A stretch of DNA of 35,495 bases from Tricharina praecox (lineage: Eukaryota): positions 1,674,001-1,709,495 of the forward strand of contig NW_026250407.1 of the NCBI RefSeq assembly GCF_024521635.1, in the 5' to 3' direction. Below are positions 1-10,948 of this stretch, piece after piece. The notes under the pieces are model-generated. The model made no database searches, had not been told where the DNA came from, and saw only the letters and a list, made by a program, of their open reading frames with translations. Numbering within the stretch: the stretch's first letter is position 1; each line of letters opens with the position of its first letter. Made by a program: the position numbers and the translations under genes.

Positions 1-1851
1 AATACCGCACTGGTGACTGCCCTGGAAGATTCTGCCCGTAACTATGGGCCGTAGCTTATATCTACTGCTCGGTACATGGCCCTGCTCAGCCAAGAAGGCC
101 AATATGTCGAGGAAGCTACTCATGGCCTCGAGGGTGGCATTATTGTCGGTGGTGGCCGCGTGGAGAGAGGCGGTAGTGGCAGTTGTGGCAATAGCCGCCG
201 TCGTTGAGATTGTGGTTGTAGAGGGTGGGAACGTGTGAGGGTTTTCGCTGTTATTTTCGTTCTCGGTGAGACGTTACTGTCAGATTGGTGGTGTGGGAGG
301 AACAAGGTGGTTGGAAGAAGCAAGTGAAAGAGATAGATGTGTGGGAGAAGAACCCCGATGAGGTGCTTGGATCTGAATCGCTGTTGAGAGTTGTTATTCA
401 AGCGTGTCGCGGCGTTCGAGGCATGCGATGTCACTTGTGAACCAAGTGATGCTTAGTGGAGGGCTGCCCGACAATCACGGAGAAGCGGATAGTTGCGACA
501 GCTTGCTTGCTGAACACTAGCTCTGGTACGTACAGAGAGACCGTGGGTGGTATTTCCAGAGAAACGGATGTGGCATATATTTCGCTGCCTCGAGCCCCCA
601 GCCGCCAAGTCCATGGTCACTATAGCGGAGCTGGCTGCGAGCCTGCGACAACCATCTGGTACATAAGTGTCGCAGCCGGCGGCCAGCGTGACGAGCTCGA
701 AAGGATACACAGCCATTGAGGATGCAGTTATTTCCGATACTATTTGAAAGAATAAAACAAAATAACGGCTCCCTGAGCTCTGAGCAACCTCCTCGTCATC
801 GCCCTCTTGCTTATCTTACATATCCATCTCGTCAATTTTCTCCTTCATGGATCTTCTCCTTGTTCTTCTCGTTCTCCTCCTAGTCTTCCACCAGCTCCTT
901 CCTCTGTTCGCCTCCCATGTTGTTCTTGTCGGCTTTCACATCCACGTCGGCGGGGGTGCCGGCGGCCGCAGCGTTGTCGTCATCTTCGATCGCGAAACTG
1001 AGGGCCAGTTCTGCGAGGAAGGCCAAGATTTCCAGATCTGGCGAGGAACACTCTCACGAGATACTTGAAACTGAATCGCTGTTGAGAGTCGTTATTGATG
1101 CTTTTTGCAGCGGCCAAGGCATAGGATATCACTCGCACGCCGAGTGTTGCTGTGTGAAGAGCTGGCCAAAAACCAGGGTGCAGTGGGTAGTTAGGACAGC
1201 TTGGATACCGTACGTTGGTTCTCGCCAAGTTAGTTGATGTAAATCTACAAAAGTAGAGGAGGCGGGGTTTCCGACCTCGCGCAGGGTTTCCCGCGATCGG
1301 GACCGCCCACGGTGGCATATGCGATATTGAAAGCCTAACGATTGGAAATTATGGTCGGATGAATATTGGGGAGTATGGAATCACAATGACACTAGGTATT
1401 ACACTCAGCGAGCTGGCAACATACCCACCTCATGCACCCGGAAATACATATCAGTACAGATGCAGTTGACCTTAGGCTATCCAGGTAATAGCAACATCAC
1501 GGAAGCATTACATCAGGCATGAAGCGCACACGGTTAATTCATTGTAGGATTGACTCTAGTCACCAAACAGGAATATATCCCAGATCGTGCCCCACCCCGA
1601 TTCTCAACATGCAAAGGCATAGGCCATTATGCCTCTACGTGCAGAAAGGCGCATTCATAGGCATTGTTACTCTTGGGGGAGTCCTGGGTTGTATGGTCCA
1701 GTAATGCTGCAGACGACAATCAATTGATGTTCTCTCTCTTGTATTATGTACTGACACTGCTGGGCTTAATGTGGACTATCCTCGTCCCCCATAAAAATAA
1801 TGAATCATCCTCGTCCCCCCCGTGAAAGTTAAGCTCCTCAATTACTACATG

Positions 1852-3980
1852 CTATGCATCCTCGTCCTCGCTGTCCTCGCTGTCCTCGTCGTTGGAAACT
1901 AGGTTCTGCGTCGGACCCGGCCCGACCCCCATGCTCTCGATCTCCTCCCTCAACCTCGGGGAGAAACCCTCCATTATCACGTCCGCCTGATGGACAATCC
2001 ACCTGGCTCTGGCCCTCTCCAGGTCAAAATCCGCCTTCAGCTCCTGCAGCTTCCTGATCCTGCGATTATCCTCGCTTGTGAGGGTAAGCAGCGGGGATCT
2101 CGCATCCGCACGCTGAAATCAATTCGGAGAGGTACGGGTATCCGGCGCGGAGTCGAAGACTGCCGGAGCCCAGAGGAGACCTTTCGCTGGCTGGGCGTGG
2201 GCTGGCGGTGGGAGGTAGGTGCGGGAAGTCACCATCCGCGTGTACAAGGGTGTGGGCTTCGGGCGCCGAGCGGGTGCGGGTGCGGGTGACGGCGGCATCT
2301 CGGACCTCTGTCTCGTTGCATTCAGCCTCTCCTTGAAGACATCCATGCCAGGGCCGCCCTGCTGTGCCACCAGCTTCTCCTTTCGCTGGAACTTCGAATC
2401 GTCATCGTACGTAAATCGTACTCGTCGATTATCCGGCTCTACTAGAGAGCCCATGGAGTCGGAGCTGCTCCGTCGCCGTTTCCTCGACGGACTGAAATCG
2501 GCGGACGCCAAGCCCAATCTCGGTGGGAGGATAGCGGGCATTGCTTTCAATGCGACGACTCCATTGAAAGCTAGCGGCGGGAAAGGTATAACTCTCTTTC
2601 CTCTTCTGCAGTCGTCGCCGGTTTCGGTCTCCGCTGCATCCACCTGTCTCGTGCTGGGAGACACCACCTTCTTCCTCTCTAGGCCCAATCTTCCTTCCTT
2701 GTCCTTCGTTATCACCCATTCCAATTTTTCCTGGGCGCTCTTCCTTGCAGCATCCTTCCTCCTCTCGAATCGCCTCCGCCTCTGCTCCTCAACCTTCGCA
2801 TTGAGCCCCTCTCGAAAAACATTGAGTCTCGTCTTATACAAATTCAAGCTCCGCCGGCGTTGAGCTCCCACTATCTCCTCGGAACGCTTCTTCTGATTCT
2901 GAACCTTCTCGTTGAGTCTGGCCCTGAAAGCATTGAGTCCCGTCTTATATGAATCCATGCTATGTCTGTGTCCAACTGTCACCAGCTCCTCCGAGCGGCA
3001 CTGCCTCCGAGTTGCAATATTCTTATCGAATTTTAGCTGAAATACATCCGTGCCAGGGTTGCGTTCACGTACCAGAAGCTTCTCGGATACCCGTCTTATC
3101 GACTCTCGCACGGGCTTCACCTCCTTCGGCTGGATCTTCTCCTCCGGCTCGCTCTTCTCCTCTGTCTCCTTCGAATCTTTCGATTCCTTCGACTTTGTCG
3201 TTATATTCAGATCAGTGGCTGTGGATGGACTAAGTGGGGGTGGATCGTTTACCTTCTCGGACTTTCGCCACCCCTGCTTATCAAACCGCTCGTCGAGCCT
3301 CTCCCTGAAGGCACCGAGCCTCGTCTTGAACCAGTCCATGTCACGGTTGTTCCCTTCGCGTCCCACCATCCCCCCGGACCACCGCCGCCTCTGTGTTTCA
3401 ATCGGAATGTTGAAATCCTCTTTCAATGCGCCCGTGCTAGGGCTGCATCCCCGTGCCATCAGCTTCTCCGATAGCCGTGATATCCTCTCCTTCAGCTCCT
3501 TCAAGTCGGTCGTCTCGGTCGACTTCTTCTCGGTCGACTCCTTCGTCTCGTTGGAATTGTTCTCCTCGTTAGATTCATTTGACTCCTTGGAATCCTTGGT
3601 CTGCTTCAACTCCGTCGAAACATTCATCTCGATGGCTGGGCAGGAGTGATTGGGGCAGGAGTGATTGGGGTATCATCCGTCAATCGCACCCTTCGACTAC
3701 TCGGGCCTTCAGGAGATGGAGTGTTTGTGTTTGTGTCTATGTTCTTCGCGTCGGAGGTGCCGCATCTCCGTTTCTTCAACCGAAGGGTGTCAGATCCCGA
3801 TCCAGATCCCATACGATATCTCGGCAAGGGAATGGCAGCGGGATTGGTCTTCGGTGGGACGACGTTGTTAGTTACTGACGCCAGTGGGGAACGCGTAGCA
3901 GCTTTGGGTTGTTTCTCGCTGGTGTTCTCGCCGTTGTCTGCACCGCGTTTACTCATCTGCACGCTGCGTGCTTTATCCAT
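1852..3980 (-). pseudogene. Disrupted orphan gene (~709 aa if repaired): charged, low-complexity protein with internal helical repeats and an acidic tail
   Basis: ORF 3624-3980 and ORF 2119-3627 join if one C is restored in a C-run near 3638-3640 (CCTGCCCAGCC versus the adjacent repeat copy CCTGCCCCAATC). Past the TGA at 2119-2121 the same frame stays open for 88 protein-like codons (FQRADARSPLL...KLQELKADFDLERARARW...NDEDSEDSEDEDA*) to TAG at 1852-1854. Confidence 0.6.
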
Positions 3981-4689
3981 TGTTCTCGTGGTTTGCTATC
4001 AGTAACTGAAGCGTGCAGTGGTGAGAAAGATGTGTGGTGGTTTCAGAAGATGTGTGGTGGTGGAAGCAGGAGTTGGGGGGTTGTGGTGGATGTAGTGGAT
4101 GGGAAGAGAGATAGTGGGAAGAGAGAAAGAGGAGAGGTGGGAGGTGAGGTGAAGCGGTGTTTATCGCTAAAGGTCACCAGCTGCTCGAGGCGGCGTTGTT
4201 TCCAAGCCTAAGGGCTATATGCCGAGTGACAAGCAGTGTTTAGTACTATCCACGTGAAGTCACATTTATTTATTTATTCATTCTTCATACGGCTTAGGGC
4301 CCTAAGGCTATAGCTGGTATGAATAGGAAAAACAACAACCAATCCTCCACACGGCCGCCGGCCGCCGTCCTCCCCATCTCCGTGCTCAGTTGTGTAAAGA
4401 AATTCGTTTGATGGTTGATAACCCTTCCGTGTTTTCGGCGTTGTTGTTTTCGTCGCTTCGTGGTTGTCGTGGTTCTGGCCGTGTGCCTCGGATCTCCACC
4501 TTGAGTTCACCCTTTCCTCCGCTCTTCTCTGCCGACAAATAAACGCTCTACCGCAGATCTTTTACTCTACTCTTGGCCTCTTCAACGTCCATCCAGGAAC
4601 TCGGGATGTCCACCATCCGCTCCCGGCATCTTCTCCGCTCTCACCGATCACCACCTTCTCCTGATCACTAGTTTCACACATCGTATGTA

Positions 4690-4950
4690 CCCGTCACCGT
4701 CACCGTCACCGTCCCTAGCACAGCACTCATCATCGACAGCATCATCACCGTCGTACCATGCACCGCCCCACGCACTATCCGCTTTGTTTTGTTTTTTGTT
4801 TAATCACTAATTTCATACGACCTATCAAGATTATGGCGGTATCGCCCCGTTCACCCCACTGTCCAACCCAGCTTTCACTGAGCGGCCCGAGGTGACTTTC
4901 CCTGCCCTCTCCGCCCCGGCCTTTCCCGAAAGTATATGAGCTCACCAATT
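4690..4950 (+). repeat. Diverged direct repeat, copy 1 (copy 2 at 7047-7380)
   Basis: Shared colinear blocks: CCGTCACCGTCACCGT, CGACCTATC.AGAT.ATGG, CCGTTCACCCC, CCACTGTCCAACCCAGCTTTCA, GGCCCGA.GTG.CTTTCCCTGCCC, GGCCTTTCCC, TATGAGC.CACCAA. Confidence 0.8.
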
Positions 4951-5249
4951 AAAGCAGAGACAGAGCTACGAACAGGAATAGGCAACAATCGTTCCCTCTC
5001 GCCTCGCCACGTCCTTCTCCACCGTTCGCCCCGCACTCGCCCCCCCGCACCCGCACCCGCCCGCGCCCTGGAGTCTTCCCACCTCCGCCGCACGTCTCTG
5101 CAGTGGTCCGCTATTCCAAATCGCTCGACTCCTCAAATTCCGCACCGTCCTCCTCCTCCTCCTGCTCCTCGTCGAGTGGCCTTAGCTCCGCTCTCTCTTC
5201 CCAGGTCTGAGTTCTGTACCGGCACTAGCCGTTGCGGCCTGCGGCCATT

Positions 5250-5790
5250 GTGACCGTTATTTGGGCATCGGAGATACTGGCCAGTGAGGCTGTGTCCTGT
5301 CTGCAGTTGTTAGAATCTCGCGACTAGGCGCTTGCGGGCCGGGCCGTCTCTGGATTGGGTCACGTCTCTGGCCAGACTTCCGGCTGTGTGTACATACCGA
5401 TACCTCTTGTGAGTGGGTTTTCTGTCCGCCCAAGCCTCGGCTTCCTTCAACTTCCTTTCCGTGACGCCTCGTCTCAGCAATGCCAGTGATGCACTGCAGG
5501 TGGTGGCTGACTGGAGCCATGGCGGTACTTGTGGTGAGGGCCCTCCACTCCTCTGCGAGCAGTACGGTTGTCGGCTGCCAGTTGGGACCATTCGTCCGCC
5601 TTCCCGTTCCCACGGACATATTGGTGGGCCGGGCCGGCAGCATCCATCTGATCTCAGTGCTGCTTTCAGGTTCCCTTTGGCCGCTGGCGGAGAGTGGTGA
5701 TCTGCTTCCGTACCTGGAGTGTGTACTTCTAGCCGGGGCCTGATGCATTGCGCGTTATTCTCCTAATGGCGGCTTGTGCGTCGGTGTACC
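5250..5790 (-). mobile_element. Degenerate non-LTR retrotransposon (fungal LINE, Tad1-like) fragment: RNase H and downstream region
   Basis: Minus-strand translation across stops and frameshifts gives TDAQAAI...GPG*KYTLQVRKQI...EIRW...GNGKADEWSQLAA...ASLALLRRGVTERKLKEAEAWAD...KRLVARF*QLQTGHSLTGQYL. This is the motif order of the fungal LINE RNase H C-terminus. Confidence 0.75.
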
Positions 5791-7046
5791 TAGATGGTAA
5801 TCGAGGAGGCTGAAGATAGTCGATTCCAACCACAGGCTAGAGGCCGAGTGAGATCGCATGTTTAGACATGGCTACTTGTTGGAATTGGGAGAAGAACTTG
5901 ACTTGATGTATTGATACGAGAAACATGAGAATGGAGAGAAAGAGGACTACGTATCGAGGGGAACGAGCTCGTGTAGACGAGGAGAAGGCCGAGCCTCAGA
6001 CAGAGGATGCGACGGTACTCAGCGCCGGATACTCTTCGCCAGACTGGGCTGGTGGCTTGAAGGGTTTCAGCTGACGAGGCCGATTCAAATGAGAAGCCAC
6101 AGACAATGCTAAGCAGCTACGAAGGAAATGAGGGCTGTATGCAAGGATAGTGGAAAGTAGTAAAGGACAGTGGAAAGTAGCAGTGACACCGGAACAGGTG
6201 ATAAGACGCATAATATCAACACTACGTGAAGTCTAGACGCCGAGAGACGGCCCATGTCTGGCCGTATCCACGTGAAGTCACATCGCGCAACGCTCCTATA
6301 GACACCCACTGTGGGACGCAGCTGGAACGGTCGTCGTGGCAGCATTTTTTGACCCTGGGCTGCGGACCTTGCGCAGATTTTCTGTGGAGACGTTCGGACT
6401 GGCTGTCGTACCTGGGGCTGCAGGCCTGTGCAGGGGGACCTGTTTTGTTTTGCTCGCCGGTTCCGGTTTGTTTTGATCGTTTCTGTTGTTCTCAACGGCG
6501 GTACGACGATGCGGCGGGGGCCAAGGTTGGCCGCTCTGTTTTCTCGATTCCGAGGTCGGAGAGGGCCGCACTTCTCTGAAGGCCGTGTGTCGTTCATCCT
6601 CGATCATCGCTATCATCCATCATCACTATTCTTCGGGCTGTTCGTTCATCGCTTGATTTCATCGCTGCTTGCTTTGCTTTCTTCAGTCTCGGTAGTTCCT
6701 CTTTGCTTTGCTCGAGTGTGCTTCTTTTGATATTCGGTCGCTTGACTCGTTGTTACTCTCTCACCTGATCCTTTCTTCTGTGTCACGACTGGTGATGCAC
6801 GTTCCTCGCCCCTGACTACGACGCCTCTCCCCAAAGTCGGCTGCTGCTCCCTCACCACCTCATCGCGCAAGCAGCTTCAACATCGTCGACGATCAGCAGT
6901 TCTACCGACGATCTTTTACTCTACTCGCCGCCTCATCGACGACCATCTATATAGGAACCCGCGATGTCCAACATCCGGCCACGCCATCGTATCCTCTCTC
7001 GCCGATCACGCGAGAGCGGTTCACCGGTTTCGCACCTCGTGTGTAG

Positions 7047-7380
7047 CCGTCACCGTCACCGTGCCACGCACCATCGGCATCACCGTCGGCATCACCGTCG
7101 GCATCACCGTCGGCATCACCGTCCGCATCACCGTCGGCATCACCGTCGGCATCACCGTCCGCATCACCGTCCGCATCACCGTCCGCATCATCACCACGCG
7201 CAGTGACTTTTTGTTTTGTTCATTCATTGATTGCATGCGACCTATCTAGATCATGGAAATATCTACCCGTTCACCCCCCGTTTCCCCGCCACTGTCCAAC
7301 CCAGCTTTCATCAGGTGGCCCGATGTGGCTTTCCCTGCCCCCCCCCGTGGCCTTTCCCATCGATGTATGAGCGCACCAAA
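7047..7380 (+). repeat. Diverged direct repeat, copy 2 (copy 1 at 4690-4950), carrying an expanded 12-bp minisatellite
   Basis: Same colinear blocks as 4690-4950. Confidence 0.8.
7076..7190. repeat. 12-bp tandem repeat (G/C)GCATCACCGTC, 9 full units plus a partial unit
   Basis: Directly visible; it produces the HHRR/ITVG/VMPT low-complexity ORFs in the track. Confidence 0.95.
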
Positions 7381-8154
7381 GAAATGACACTAAGAAAAGA
7401 CAACTTCCACTTCCTCAACTCTTCCCTGCTTCACCGCAGGTCCCTAGTCGTCACCGCTTCCTGCCTCTTCCAAAAGGGATGCCATGAAGGAAGGTGGGGG
7501 GAGGAACAGCGGGCTAGAGCCCGGCTCCTCAACTTCAGCACCCCCCCTCCTCCTGTCGCCTCAGTTCCGCACCCCTTTCTTCCCGCTCCCTGAGCTCCCA
7601 TTCGGAGACCTCGCTCTCTGTATCTTCTTTAGCGGTCTCAGGTATCTATCTCCCCACATCAGTGGAAGCAAGGAATTCCAGCTTGGCGCTGGTGGAGTAG
7701 TTGAATCGAGCCTTAACTTCTCCATCATTCTTCATTTCACCGTCCCCTTTGCCGGGCCACACCATCTCTCTCATCGTTGTCTAAAGAATTGACGACCAAC
7801 CTTTACCTCCCCTCATTCTCTCTCATCGTCATCTACAGAATAAGTAGACGCTCAACCTCTTCCTCCTCTCCCCCCCTAGTATCCACTGCAACGCGAGCAT
7901 AATATCCACGGCGAGGACATGCTTGCGAGGGCTCTTTGCCAATGCCTCCCCAGCACACGTGACGAGGAAGGGAGCGTACAAAGAGGAGAGAGCGGAGATG
8001 AAGGTTTGACCGTTTACTCAATAGATGATGATCGAGAAAGAAGAAGAAAAGTCGTGGGTGCGAGCTTAAGTCCCCCTCCTCATTCGACCGACCCCGCCAT
8101 GCCCACCAACGTTGATGCTCACTAATAATCACATTACTTTGCCCCCGACCCCCC

Positions 8155-8425
8155 GCCGACAGCTCCTCCTTCACTTCCTCATCTCACCGACAGCTCCTCA
8201 TGATTCATCTTACTGGCAGCTCCTCCTTCACTTCCTCATTTCGCTGACAGCTCCTCGTCTCGCTGACGGCTCCTCCGCTACGCCCTCCACTTCATCATCT
8301 CGCTGACAGCTCCTCGTCTCTCTGACAGCTCTCCGCTACGTCCGCAATTTCATCATCTCGCCGACAGCTCCTTCCCTCCTTCAACCAATTTCTCTATTTC
8401 CTTTACTCGCTAACAGCTCCTCCTC
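8155..8425. repeat. Degenerate short repeats of (C/T)GACAGCTCCTC and CCTTCACTTCCTCAT
   Basis: Several ACAGCTCC(TC) motifs between 8157 and 8422; CAGCTCCTCCTTCACTTCCTCAT occurs twice. Confidence 0.7.
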
Positions 8426-8426
8426 C

Positions 8427-8427
<1 letters not shown>

Positions 8428-8458
<31 letters not shown>
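8428..8458. repeat. Poly-C homopolymer (31 nt)
   Basis: Direct count of the uninterrupted C run. Confidence 0.95.
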
Positions 8459-9526
8459 ACCCACAGACAGCTGCTCCACCACTTCCACAAGAGTGTGGTA
8501 TCCGCGGCGAGATGGCGGTGACATCTGCGGGAAAACTGAGCTGACTCGAGTGTAGGACTGCATAGTGGGAGATGGCACCGACAGCCTACAGCGAGGCTAT
8601 CATGAAAGGACAAGGCAAAGACAGAGAGGCGGGCGTGCTGTCCGTAGCGGAGAGAGTGGGGAAGACCAGGCGCTGACCGCCAGTGCAGGACAGCAACAAC
8701 AATGTGGTATCCGTGGCGACGACAATGTAGTATCTGCGGTGATAAACCTCTGGTATCTGCGGCGCACAGACTGTGGGAGGACCGAGGGCTGACCGCCAGT
8801 GCACGACAGTAAGGACAGCGGGGGCATCGCGGAGGAGAGTGTGCTAACCGCGGTCGGAGAGGGCGGTACGCTGCGGTGCAACTGGAGGACTGTCTAGGAG
8901 GACAAGCCGTATAGTACCACATATGAATGTAACGCATTTGATAACACTGCAAATTACCCAAAATATCGCATTTTGCAACAAAACCATCTCAAAACCCAGT
9001 GCATTCTACGTCTTGTCGCATTCATCATTATGCTGCATTGAGTGACATCTCCGTTAATGCGACATCTTGGACCTCATTCCATTCACTAATTGAGTGACCT
9101 CATTTTAGGGTGGTGTTTCTTGCGACCCATTGACCATAAAATGCCGGTTTGCCTCATTACTTGTACCCTAGGGAATGACCAGGTCAATCCGTGAAATCAC
9201 GCCGCGTGATGTTCCATGCTTGCAACCCATCCTCCTGAGGCAATCATGATAGAAGCGCTTCGAGGGTAGCTACGGAATCATAGTAGATCACACGATTGAA
9301 TCCTATCCACAACATGGGCTTCATCACACGGTATTGCTGCGAGGGGCTCAACAACACCATGCGCTCGATGGATCAATCGCTACCGATATTGGATGAAGAC
9401 TCGGTGAATTCGATACTTTCGCTTCGCTTCACAAAGAAAAAGATAAGCTATCTCTGGCACTGTAATATGTACTAAACCGGATCCCGCTCTCCCGCTCTCT
9501 CACTCCCACTCCCGAGTCCCCGTTCC

Positions 9527-10948
9527 TTATTCCTCCGGTTTCCGGCCGACAACGTGCCACCTACACCGCACATCAGTAACCGATCGGGCATCATCCGGAT
9601 GGTAAACACATACATCAATTGATAAGCGTGCACCCTCTTGCTGTCGACATCCGCGTGCGCAGCCCTGCACATATTAATGACCTCTTCTGAGCTCATGCTG
9701 AGGTATCTAGTCATGGGGGCCATAGCGTAGGCCTCCAGGCCTGACGCGCTGTTCAGTGTGGCGATATACCCCGCGCGCTTCAGCTGTGGGTTCTTTGGCC
9801 AGCCGCCCCACGGCTGCTTTCCTGGGTGGGTCTGGGTTGTTTTCCCGCGTCATTGGATAGTTCGCGAAGAAACGGGACCAGTGTAAGTGGGCATACCGTG
9901 ACATCGACGAATCCGGCGGATTCGACCATCGACTTTAGTAGCGCCCCCGTGGGGTTGACGATGTGCACCCCCGACGTCGCTTTGATAAACGTTACGAAGT
10001 AGGTTTGCAGCGCGGAGCCTTCGAACGTGTCATCGTCGCAGTGCAGCGCCGCCTCGGCTTCTGCTAGCTCGATGTAGCCGCCGGGCTTGGTGTGGCTAGT
10101 ACGTGGTCAGCCGAGAGGCGGTGGTGGTGGGGGGAAGCAAGCGGCGACGAACCGGTACATCTGTCGCAGGTAATTCGGCCAGTCACGAATGCTCTGCGCG
10201 ATGTTGCGCGAGTGGATCAAGTCGAAGTAATCCTATCCGAGTCAGTCAGTCGGTGGTCGGCGGTGGTTGGGCGATCACGGGCATGCAGTGGATGCGTATG
10301 GTACATACCTTGCTGAATGTCCAGTCCATCTCGAGATCGTCGACCTCGAATCGCACGTTTGGCACGACCCAGTTGGGTTGTATCGGACTCAGATCCACGC
10401 CGACGACTTCGGCGGACGGGTACAGCTCTCCGGCATCCAGCGCCCAGATGCCGGTTCCGGTACCGCAGTCGAGAATGTGCTGTGGCTTCTCGGCGATAGG
10501 GGCGACGTGGAGCGCACCCTTGAGCAGGAGTAGCTGGAGATGGTGGTACATATCGAGGCTGTTCACCGGAAAAAATCAGCTGTGCCACACACGGCTTCGA
10601 CACACTCGAGGTAGGTACTACTAACCGGTCTTGCTCCTTCTCGTCGTTTGGCAAAAGGTACTTGCCCTCCCGAAACCGGTGATACCGTCGACCATTCTCG
10701 TAGACGTAGTCGACTATCGACGAGGTTATGCTGTCGGTGGAACCTTCCCTGCGGTACCGTCAGTCGTCGCGCATGGGCCTATGGTAGGATGTGCACGTAC
10801 AGTGTAGAGGAGTAGTCCGATGTAGACAAATTCGTTTCCGAGTCGACTTCCAACTGCAATCTGTGAGCCCACCGGACGGTAAAGTACGATCGTACTGGCC
10901 ACGGGAACTTACAACCGGTTCGTCGGTCATCACGGCTGATGGTTTCAT
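9527..10948 (-). CDS. SAM-dependent methyltransferase, fungal LaeA-like/TdiE-like family; 8 exons, apparently intact
   Basis: Spliced translation: MKPSAVMTDEPV|LEVDSETNLSTSDYSST|LEGSTDSITSSIVDYVYENGRRYHRFREGKYLLPNDEKEQDR|LDMYHH...ILDCGTGTGIWALD...VVGVDLSPIQPNWVVPNVRFEVDD...|DYFDLIHSRNIAQSIRDWP...|HTKPGGYIELAE...|...PWGGWPKNPQLK...|WHVVGRKPEE*. Seven GT-AG introns (e.g. 10854-10912, 10749-10800); SAM motif DxGxGxG. Confidence 0.93.

Noticed and set aside
2219..3649. Long plus-strand ORFs (214 and 199 aa)
   Set aside because: Antisense shadows of the minus-strand gene, with no recognisable motifs.
6964..7249. His/Arg-rich and ITVG/VMPT-repeat ORFs
   Set aside because: All three are translations of one 12-bp minisatellite; the paralogous region at 4690-4760 lacks the expansion.
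9527..10948. Naming the methyltransferase laeA
   Set aside because: This family is highly expanded in filamentous ascomycetes; orthology to LaeA cannot be judged by eye.
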